A stretch of 32,000 nt of DNA from Candidatus Saccharimonadota bacterium (GTDB taxonomy: Bacteria; Patescibacteriota; Gracilibacteria; UBA4473). This document shows positions 15,610 to 22,070 of this stretch, one piece after another. Positions within the stretch are counted from its first letter, which is position 1, and each line of letters starts with the position of its first letter. Below the pieces are notes generated by a model, which worked only from the letters and a program-made list of their open reading frames with translations, was not told the origin of the DNA and searched no databases. The stretch covers positions 1,200,001 through 1,232,000 of the forward strand of contig OZ245819.1 in NCBI GenBank assembly GCA_965228485.1, in the 5' to 3' direction. A program made the position numbers and the translations under genes.

Positions 15610-16884
15610 CTAAAATAGATCGTCTGCGGTAATACTCTTACTTTTCTTGTTGTAATTGATTGATCGTTTAACGAAGAAATCTACGTGTTTGGTTCCAATG
15701 ATTTCTTCATCAAACCATTCTGATTGTTGAACAAGCTCTTCATCGGTTTCAAAAACTGGTTCAATATCTAAACTCATAAGAGATCGGTTGAATCGATCTT
15801 TGATGAATTCTTCTACAACGGTTTTTGGAAGGAAGTCCAATTCTCCCGCTTCGAATATCCAGTTGATGATTCGGCTTTCTGATTCGTAGGCTTTTCTACA
15901 AAGCTCTTGAACCATGGCAGCGTGTTTGTCGTCAAACCAACTTGGGTTTTCTTTTTTGATGATTTGAATGACATCGATTCCGAAGTTCCCGTGGATTTGT
16001 TCTTCTTTTGAAGTGGCTTCAACCACGTTGGAAATTCCTTTTAGTCGGCTTCGGTATTTGTTGAAGGCCATGATGATTAGGAATTGAGAGAAAAGTGATA
16101 CATGTTCAATAAAGAGCGAGAAGAGTAGAATTGATTCTGCGTAATCTCTTGGTTTTTCACTTTTTGCATTTTTTAGAGCGAGTTCTAGATAATCAACTCG
16201 TTCCATGATGACTGGGTTGTCAGTTAGATGTTCAAATTCTTCGTTTAGCCCTAGAATTTCTAGAAGGTGAGAGTAGGCATCGTGATGTCGTACTTCACTT
16301 TCCGCAAAAGTAGCTCCTACCGAACCGATTTCTGGTTTTGGCATTTTGTCGTAGATGTTTCCCCAGAAGGTTTTTACGGCTACTTCAATTTGAGAAATCG
16401 CCAGCATTGTTTTTCTGATGGCTTCTCTTTCTGGTTCGCTGATTCCTACTTTGAAATCTTGGATATCACTCGTGAAGTTGAATTCTGTGTGAATCCAGTA
16501 AGAGTGACGGATAGCGTCTACGTATTCTAGTAATTCTGGATATTCGTAAGGCTTAAGGTTGATTCGTTTTTTGAAGATATCGAGCTTTCTTTCTTCAGCT
16601 TGTTTGGCTCTGTAAACGATATAAGCCTTCGCTACATCGTGAAATTCACTGCTCATGAGTGTTTCTTCTACGATATTTTGTACCCCTTCTACAGAAGGGA
16701 TATAACGTCGATCTTTAGCTTTAATATCTTCAAGTGTTTTGACCACTTCTTGTGCAATTTTTTTAGCGTCCTCTAAAGTACCATTTTCAACAGCATCCAT
16801 TGCTTTTTTAATGGCTTGGATTATTTTTTCTAAATCAAAAGGTTTAATGCTTTCGTCTCGCTTTTGAATTTGTGTGATTGTCAT
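15610..16884 (-). CDS. nrdB: Class I RNR beta (radical-generating) subunit fused to an N-terminal ATP-cone
   Basis: I prefer ATG 16884 (MTITQIQKRDESIKPFDLEKI...); the track uses TTG 16923. ATP-cone: IQKRDxxxxPFDxxKI ... VAKAYIVYRAKQ. The ferritin-like part has SQIEVAV, ESEVRHHDAYSHLLE (ExxH...Y) and SKEEQIHGNFG (ExxH). Confidence 0.92.
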   Translation of the reverse strand: MTITQIQKRDESIKPFDLEKIIQAIKKAMDAVENGTLEDAKKIAQEVVKTLEDIKAKDRRYIPSVEGVQNIVEETLMSSEFHDVAKAYIVYRAKQAEERKLDIFKKRINLKPYEYPELLEYVDAIRHSYWIHTEFNFTSDIQDFKVGISEPEREAIRKTMLAISQIEVAVKTFWGNIYDKMPKPEIGSVGATFAESEVRHHDAYSHLLEILGLNEEFEHLTDNPVIMERVDYLELALKNAKSEKPRDYAESILLFSLFIEHVSLFSQFLIIMAFNKYRSRLKGISNVVEATSKEEQIHGNFGIDVIQIIKKENPSWFDDKHAAMVQELCRKAYESESRIINWIFEAGELDFLPKTVVEEFIKDRFNRSLMSLDIEPVFETDEELVQQSEWFDEEIIGTKHVDFFVKRSINYNKKSKSITADDLF

Positions 16885-17053
16885 GGTTGTATGAGGGTTA
16901 ATTTTCTTAAAATTAGGGGTCAAAAAAGCTCACTAATTTGAGAGCTAATTTTCAAATTAGATGATTTTAAGAGGGCTGATATGCTAGGTTTTTATTTTCG
17001 GTTTTCAAGTCAGAACTGGTTGAATTTTCTACTTTTCTATGTTTCTTTGTAAA

Positions 17054-17069
17054 ACAGCATATCTTGTAT
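17054..17069. promoter_or_regulatory. NrdR-box-like site 1, upstream of nrdB (downstream of the -10)
   Basis: ACAGCATATCTTGTAT matches 12/16 of the consensus and is embedded in the 8-bp inverted repeat TCTTTGTA...TACAAAGA. Confidence 0.5.
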
Positions 17070-17084
17070 ACAAAGAGAATTATT

Positions 17085-17100
17085 ACACACTATATAGTGT
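17085..17100. promoter_or_regulatory. NrdR-box-like site 2, upstream of nrdB (in the promoter spacer)
   Basis: ACACACTATATAGTGT matches 15/16 of acaCwAtATaTwGtgt. It is 31 bp from site 1. On the minus strand it exactly fills the 17-nt spacer between TTGAAT (17107..17102) and AATAAT (17084..17079). Confidence 0.65.
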
Positions 17101-17206
17101 CATTCAAATCTTTTTTTAATTATTTTTTAAGGTTTAATTAAGGTAGTTTAAAAGAGGAAATTCTCATTTTTTGTGTAATTTTTTTATTCAAGAAATGTCT
17201 TTTTGA

Positions 17207-17222
17207 ACACAATATTTAGTAC
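17207..17222. promoter_or_regulatory. Third, single NrdR-box-like site, facing the phosphatase gene
   Basis: ACACAATATTTAGTAC matches 13/16. It overlaps a plus-strand TTGAAC(17203..17208)-16-TATCTT(17225..17230) promoter-like pair upstream of the 17274 ORF. Confidence 0.4.
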
Positions 17223-17273
17223 TGTATCTTGTGGTGCTTTATTTTTTTAAATTAATCAGTCATTATTTGGGGG

Positions 17274-17732
17274 ATGATAAAAATTTTGATGGTATGTTTG
17301 GGAAATATTTGCCGAAGTCCTGCAGCGGAAGGGATTATGAGGCAAAAGTTGCTAGAAAATGGATATCAAGAAGAAGTTGATTTTGTGTTAGATTCCGCTG
17401 GAACTGGGAGTTGGCATATAGGACACCCCCCGGACCCACGATCACAAGAAGTATGTGAACGTTATGGAATTGATATTACGGCATTAAGAGCTCGTCTTTT
17501 GGAGGTGGAGGATGGGAAAAACTACGACTATATTTTTGGGATGGATTACTCTAATGTTGATAATATTAAAAATACAATAGGAGTTGATTATCATGATAAA
17601 GTATTCATGTTTGATGTGCATGAAGTGAATGATCCGTATTATTCAGCTTCTGATGGTTTTGAGATTATGTACCAACACTTGGAAAAAGCCTCTGAAGTTT
17701 GGATTGAAAAGATGTTTAATAAAAACACCTAA
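17274..17732 (+). CDS. Low-molecular-weight protein-tyrosine phosphatase
   Basis: 152 aa with an N-terminal P-loop MVCLGNICRSPAAEG (CX5R-S) and a distal DP(Y) acid motif (VNDPYY). Confidence 0.88.
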   Translation: MIKILMVCLGNICRSPAAEGIMRQKLLENGYQEEVDFVLDSAGTGSWHIGHPPDPRSQEVCERYGIDITALRARLLEVEDGKNYDYIFGMDYSNVDNIKNTIGVDYHDKVFMFDVHEVNDPYYSASDGFEIMYQHLEKASEVWIEKMFNKNT

Positions 17733-17777
17733 AACTTTGGTTTTAGGCGTTTTGTTTTTAGAATATTTAATTTTCTA

Positions 17778-18116
17778 TTATGTGGTCATCCATTCGGCGA
17801 TGACTTTTACAATCCACCAGGCGAAGAAGGCAACAAACAGCCCTCCGACGGCGTACATTACGATCATTTTCCCTTTTTCTTTATCATTGGTTGTTCCTCC
17901 GATCATATACCAAAAACCTCCGTACATAATCATTAGTACGGCGATACTACCAGCGACACTTAGTAGCATGCTCGTCCAGTTTGAAACAAGTCCTCCCACG
18001 GAGTTTAGTGAGGCATTTCCACTGTGAACCTCTGCGGTTACAATATGAATACCTTGGGCAAAAGTTGTTTTTGCTGAAAGCATTAAACCCGTAAGCGCTA
18101 GTAATTTTTGTTTCAT
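17778..18116 (-). CDS. TrbC/VirB2-like (T4SS-pilin family) small membrane protein
   Basis: I prefer the ATG at 18116 (MKQKLLALTGLMLSAKTTFAQG signal peptide). The mature part has two TM helices flanking YGGFWYMIGGTTNDKEKGK, the pattern seen in T4SS-pilin-like proteins common in CPR genomes. Confidence 0.6.
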   Translation of the reverse strand: MKQKLLALTGLMLSAKTTFAQGIHIVTAEVHSGNASLNSVGGLVSNWTSMLLSVAGSIAVLMIMYGGFWYMIGGTTNDKEKGKMIVMYAVGGLFVAFFAWWIVKVIAEWMTT

Positions 18117-18171
18117 ATTTCTTCGTATTATACGTGAAAAACCACTTTTTTTCAAATTTTATGATGTTGCT

Positions 18172-18199
18172 TTGAAAAAAGATTATGAAAGCTTAAAGT
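18172..18199 (+). promoter_or_regulatory. Promoter-like repeat P1 (TTGAAA-16-TAAAGT)
   Basis: Part of the 31-mer at 18171..18201 that is 28/31 identical to 18285..18315. It is followed by a short hairpin-plus-U-tract region (18218..18248) rather than a gene. Confidence 0.35.
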
Positions 18200-18285
18200 T
18201 TCAAGTTAGATTCCCTGAAAAAGGCGGAGAGCATAGCGCGCCTTTTTTAGGAAGAGGAGAAAAAATGGTAAGCTGAAATGAAATT

Positions 18286-18313
18286 TTGAAAAAAATTTTT
18301 GAAAGCTTAAAGT
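18286..18313 (+). promoter_or_regulatory. Promoter P2 for tRNA-Arg (TTGAAA-16-TAAAGT)
   Basis: The -10 ends 11 nt before the mature 5' end of the tRNA. Confidence 0.55.
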
Positions 18314-18324
18314 TTTTTCGACGT

Positions 18325-18398
18325 GACCTCATAGTTTAATGGAAAAACGTCCCCCTCCTAAGGGGAAGCTGCAGGTTCGATCCCTGCTGGGGTCACCA
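18325..18398 (+). tRNA. tRNA-Arg (anticodon CCU), CCA encoded
   Basis: Hand-folded. Acceptor GACCTCA/TGGGGTC. D-arm GTTT-AATGGAA-AAAC. Anticodon stem TCCCC/GGGGA with loop CTCCTAA. T-arm GCAGG-TTCGATC-CCTGC. Discriminator A, then CCA. Confidence 0.88.
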
Positions 18399-18404
18399 TA
18401 AAAA

Positions 18405-18514
18405 GCTCAGATCGAACCTATAAGGTTCGTCTGAAAGCCCAAATCTTGATTTGGAGCTGGAAGCTTCGTTTTTCCTGTTAAGGGAAATAAGAAGATCCCT
18501 GCTGGGGTCACCAT
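18405..18514 (+). repeat. tRNA-trailing module, copy B: three hairpins, then ATAAGAAGAT, then a perfect 21-bp copy of the tRNA-Arg 3' end
   Basis: Hairpins at 18408..18433, 18439..18454 and 18471..18487. GATCCCTGCTGGGGTCACCAT at 18494..18514 is identical to 18379..18399. Collinear with module A at 4846..4939. Confidence 0.7.
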
Positions 18515-18996
18515 TAGCGTTCGATGGCGATGAGGCCGCTTCGAACCCATTTGATAACTTCGATATTATTTTTAAGAATTGTTTCTAGAAATTTTTCTAG
18601 CACTTGGCTCGTATCCATTAATTCCAAACAGAGGATGTGTCCATCACGGTGCAGTTCTTTTACTAAAATATCTCCTTCGGCCTGTTTCAGAAAAGTTTCA
18701 TCATTATCGTCCATCACTTTAAATTTAGCGAGGACTACCTCTCGGGCAATAGTGGTTTCTGGTTGAAGAATCTTTACTTCAATCACTTCTATAAGTTTGC
18801 TGATAGCTTGTGCGACTTTATTTGCTTCAGATTCATCTCCAATGATAGTAATAGTGAAGTGTGATCGTTTCGGATTGGAGGTTCGTCCTACGGTGAGAGA
18901 ATCTATGTTGAATAATTTTCGTCTGAGTAATCCTGCAATTCGGGAAAGAACTCCAGGAGCATTTTGTGTTGTAACCGAAAGGATTTGTTTCTTCAT
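18514..18996 (-). CDS. ilvN: Acetolactate synthase small (regulatory, ACT-domain) subunit
   Basis: 160 aa. The ACT signature LSVTTQNAPGVLSRIAGLLRRKLFNIDSLTVG is typical of IlvH/IlvN. Located directly downstream of ilvB. Confidence 0.85.
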   Translation of the reverse strand: MKKQILSVTTQNAPGVLSRIAGLLRRKLFNIDSLTVGRTSNPKRSHFTITIIGDESEANKVAQAISKLIEVIEVKILQPETTIAREVVLAKFKVMDDNDETFLKQAEGDILVKELHRDGHILCLELMDTSQVLEKFLETILKNNIEVIKWVRSGLIAIER

Positions 18997-18998
18997 TT

Positions 18999-20696
18999 CT
19001 AGAGTGAATCAATTTTTTCATTTTTGTTGAGCATCGTATTTCCAAGACTTTCTCCTGCCGGAACCATTGGGAATACATTTTCCTCTTTTTCTACTTTAAA
19101 TTCTGCCAAAATAGGACCTTTTGCGGTCTTCATTTTTTCCAGTAAGGCCAAAGATTCCTCAGGGTTTGTGGCTCGATGACTTTCTATACCATAAGCTTCT
19201 CCTAGTTTTACAAAGTCAGGATTGTGAAGTGGTGTGTCGACATAATTTTTTTCATAAAAAAGTTCTTGCCACTGTCGAACCATTCCTAAGAAAGAGTTGT
19301 TGAGAATAATAATTTTTACAGGGATATTATCTTGGGCAATTGTAGCGAGTTCTTGACTGTTCATCTGGAATCCTCCATCTCCAGAAATTGACCAAGTTGG
19401 ATGTCCAGAAAAAGCTGCTCCCATACTTGTCGGAAGAGAGAATCCCATAGTCCCAAGTCCACCAGAGGCGAGGAATTTTCGAGATTTTTTTGGAAAGAAT
19501 CTTTGAGCAGACCACATCTCATGTTGTCCAACATCTACTAGAACAACATCATCCTCACCAAGAAGGCTGTAAAGTTGGTTTATAACGGTAATTTCGGTGA
19601 GACGATTCTTTTTTTCTCCATCGAGTTTCCAGGCTTCTTTTTTACTTTTGATGACCTCTTGCCAATCTTTGATGTCCGTTGCTGTAACGGTACTGGTTAC
19701 TTTTGGAAGCGTGTCTCTAATTTGTCCGCAGACTTTAGCATCTACAATAATATTTTTGTCGAATTCAGAAGGATCAATATCGAAATGGATGAATTTTTTA
19801 TTGGCTTGAAAATCTGAAAGTTTACCCGTGATACGATCATCAAAACGAATTCCGATTCCAATAACAAGGTCAGCATTGTTCACTGCAAAGTTTGCTCCAC
19901 CGGTTCCATGCATTCCAAGCATCCCCAAGGCCAAGTCTATTGTCCCATCTGCTCCTCCAATACCATGGAGTGTCCAGACATTTGGGATGCCCGTTTTTTC
20001 TAAGAACTCATTTAGTTGTTTCTCGGCTTCTGATAAAATTACTCCATGTCCGTAGATTACTACTGGACGTTTAGCGGCTTGAATAAGATCAATAGCTTTT
20101 TGGATTTCATCGTCACAAGTATTTGTCTCATGAAAGTATCCTGGTAGGTGCATTTCAAATTTTTCATTGTTTTCAATTTTTTTTGCTAGTGTTTCTGGAA
20201 CAGGATTACTCTGAATGCATTTGGGGATATCAATCAATACTGGTCCAGGGCGTCCAGATTTTGCCAAATAAAAGGCTTCATGAATGACTCGAGGAAGGTC
20301 TTCAATATCTTCTATGAAGTAAGAGTGTTTAACAATTGGTTCACAAATTCCAACGATATCGGTTTCTTGAAAAGCATCACTTCCGATAAGGTGTTTAAAA
20401 ACATTTCCAGTAATAGCGACCATTGGTACTGAATCGAGCTTTGCATCAGCTATTCCTGTGACTAGATTGGTGGCTCCAGGTCCAGAGGTTGCGAGGCAAA
20501 CACCGACTTCAGTAGTGGCTCTTGAATATCCTTGTGCGGCGAATGCTGCTCCTTGTTCATTTCGTACCAATATCCGCTTGATATTGTAATGAGGCATTCG
20601 GTCGTATATAGGGAGAACCGCACCTCCTGGGTAGGCAAAGATTTCACTCACTCCAAGGTTTTCCAACGTTTTCAGTAATGCGTCAGCTCCGATCAT
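18999..20696 (-). CDS. ilvB: Acetolactate synthase large (catalytic, ThDP) subunit
   Basis: 565 aa. GADALLKTLENLGVSEIFAYPGGAVLPIYD, TSGPGATNLVTGIADA and the ThDP motif GDGGFQMNSQELAT...NN. Confidence 0.9.
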   Translation of the reverse strand: MIGADALLKTLENLGVSEIFAYPGGAVLPIYDRMPHYNIKRILVRNEQGAAFAAQGYSRATTEVGVCLATSGPGATNLVTGIADAKLDSVPMVAITGNVFKHLIGSDAFQETDIVGICEPIVKHSYFIEDIEDLPRVIHEAFYLAKSGRPGPVLIDIPKCIQSNPVPETLAKKIENNEKFEMHLPGYFHETNTCDDEIQKAIDLIQAAKRPVVIYGHGVILSEAEKQLNEFLEKTGIPNVWTLHGIGGADGTIDLALGMLGMHGTGGANFAVNNADLVIGIGIRFDDRITGKLSDFQANKKFIHFDIDPSEFDKNIIVDAKVCGQIRDTLPKVTSTVTATDIKDWQEVIKSKKEAWKLDGEKKNRLTEITVINQLYSLLGEDDVVLVDVGQHEMWSAQRFFPKKSRKFLASGGLGTMGFSLPTSMGAAFSGHPTWSISGDGGFQMNSQELATIAQDNIPVKIIILNNSFLGMVRQWQELFYEKNYVDTPLHNPDFVKLGEAYGIESHRATNPEESLALLEKMKTAKGPILAEFKVEKEENVFPMVPAGESLGNTMLNKNEKIDSL

Positions 20697-20903
20697 AAGA
20701 TATAGTCAATTTAGTAAAAACAAGCGCGCCCGTTATTATAAAGCCCACTCGATTTCTCCATTAAGAGCGAATCAAGCGAGTTTAAACTACGAGTACCACA
20801 AGTGTTTTTGGCATAACCATAGGTTATGTTAATAACGATTTTTTTTTTGTAAACCCTAAAAAACTGTTTTAAAATAGTGCTAAATAATTATTCCCTCTAC
20901 ATC

Positions 20904-21248
20904 ATGACTTTCATTCCTGAAGACGTATTCAAGCAAGTAATTGATAGAGAGATTCCCGCGGATATCGTTTATGAAGACGAAGATTATATTGCTTTTAAAG
21001 ATATTCAGCCGAGAGCAAAAGTTCACGTACTCATCGTGCCAAAAGTTAACGGACTGGTTACCGCTATGGATGTGAATCAGATGAACATAGAAGTATTTGG
21101 TGGAATGTTTATGATTGCCAAATACATAGCAGATATGCTTGATCTGGATGGCTACAAACTACATATGAATGTCGGTGAAGCTGGCGGACAGGTAGTGCCA
21201 CGAGTTCACATGCATATGCTGAGTAGCGATTATCAGTCTAACCTGTAG
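20904..21248 (+). CDS. HIT-family (histidine triad) nucleotide hydrolase
   Basis: I prefer ATG 20904; the track uses GTG 20877. IVYEDEDYIAFKDIQPRAKVHVLIVPK and the C-terminal GQVVPRVHMHML (HxHxx; the first His of the triad is Arg). Confidence 0.82.
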   Translation: MTFIPEDVFKQVIDREIPADIVYEDEDYIAFKDIQPRAKVHVLIVPKVNGLVTAMDVNQMNIEVFGGMFMIAKYIADMLDLDGYKLHMNVGEAGGQVVPRVHMHMLSSDYQSNL

Positions 21249-21251
21249 GTT

Positions 21252-21713
21252 TTAAGCGTACGCTCCAACTTCTCGAGTTTCATCATCAATACCGTCCATA
21301 TCACGGTTGTTGGCTTCTAGCTTTCGAGCTCCCACTTCAGGATTCATGCTTCCGTAGAGCTTTTCGGCGTTATGCTTGAGTTCTGCTATTCTTTGTTTTT
21401 CTTCTGGTTCATCAAGTGTTTGTTCTTGTTCTCGAATAGTATTAAGTTTTTCTTTAGCTGCTTTTTGGAATTCGGCTTCTTCAACTCCGGCAGCATTGGC
21501 TATTCCAGATGTTTTTAGCATGGCTTGATCAACGTGTGAACTTCTAAGAGCTTCAGCTTTGGCCTTTGCTCCAGCAGCATATTCAAGTTCTTCTGGGACA
21601 TTGTCTCCATCAGGCTCAGGAGCTTCTATGTTCTCTGGTCTTTCGACTCCTGGGTGAACGCGGAATAAAAATTTATATTGAGCCTCTTGGGTAGCGGTAA
21701 ATAAGTTTTTCAT
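21252..21713 (-). CDS. Hypothetical acidic protein (153 aa)
   Basis: Intact ORF, 2 nt after the upstream ORF on the same strand. E/A/K-rich, probably helical or disordered. No recognised motif. Confidence 0.45.
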   Translation of the reverse strand: MKNLFTATQEAQYKFLFRVHPGVERPENIEAPEPDGDNVPEELEYAAGAKAKAEALRSSHVDQAMLKTSGIANAAGVEEAEFQKAAKEKLNTIREQEQTLDEPEEKQRIAELKHNAEKLYGSMNPEVGARKLEANNRDMDGIDDETREVGAYA

Positions 21714-21715
21714 GA

Positions 21716-22021
21716 CTAGAGGTTAGCAAGCATAATATCTAGATTTTCAATTTCAGCTTCTTCTTTTTCTTCGACAATTTCTTCGGCATAATCATAAATA
21801 GCTCGAATTTCTTTTTCGGCCATTTGTTTGTGATGAGCGGCTTCTCGATGGTACTTATCAATAAAAAATCGATGTTCTTCTTCTAAGAGAAGTTTTAGTT
21901 CAGCGATTTTTACCTCATCCAGTTCTGGAATTTTTGTTTTTATCACTTCTTTTTGCTCATCTGAGAAGATTTTTGAACCTTTTAATAATCGTAGAATGTA
22001 GCTGAGATCAATTTGAGTCAT
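21716..22021 (-). CDS. Hypothetical acidic helical protein (101 aa)
   Basis: Intact ORF downstream of the DHH-like gene. Coiled-coil-like E/K-rich sequence. No recognised motif. Confidence 0.45.
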   Translation of the reverse strand: MTQIDLSYILRLLKGSKIFSDEQKEVIKTKIPELDEVKIAELKLLLEEEHRFFIDKYHREAAHHKQMAEKEIRAIYDYAEEIVEEKEEAEIENLDIMLANL

Positions 22022-22070
22022 CGTGTTATTTTATCATATTTTTTTGTTTTTTGAAAGCTTTTTGCTTTAG

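Noticed and set aside
17629-18027. 132-aa plus-strand ORF overlapping the phosphatase 3' end and lying antisense to the pilin-like gene
   Set aside because: The minus-strand reading gives a coherent product with a signal peptide and two TM helices. The plus-strand product is a low-complexity mirror image.
18405-18440. GATCGAACC, the complement of a T-loop, suggested a minus-strand tRNA or tRNA pseudogene inside the trailing modules (also at 4852..4875)
   Set aside because: On the minus strand the motif is simply the 3' arm of hairpin 1. No acceptor, D or anticodon arms can be drawn around it.
18285-18514. The insert after tRNA-Arg as a decayed tandem copy of the 115-nt promoter-plus-tRNA unit
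   Set aside because: Position-by-position comparison gives no identity outside the terminal 21 nt. The only similarity (hairpin 3 versus the anticodon arm) is offset by 5 nt. The insert is instead homologous to the sequence behind tRNA-Gly. The matching 114/115-nt spacing is noted but unexplained.
20780-20810. T-box riboswitch upstream of ilvB, because the minus strand reads CTTGTGGTACTCGTAG, resembling the T-box core GGUGGUACCGCG
   Set aside because: There is no long Stem I or specifier loop, no AGAGA or GA-motif elements, and no terminator/antiterminator pair with a U-tract. The leader is also too short.
20904-21248. HIT protein with the first His of the triad replaced by Arg (RVHMHML), considered as a possible inactive enzyme
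   Set aside because: The central nucleophilic His and the following His are retained. The first position is variable in HIT families, so there is no good reason to call it inactive.
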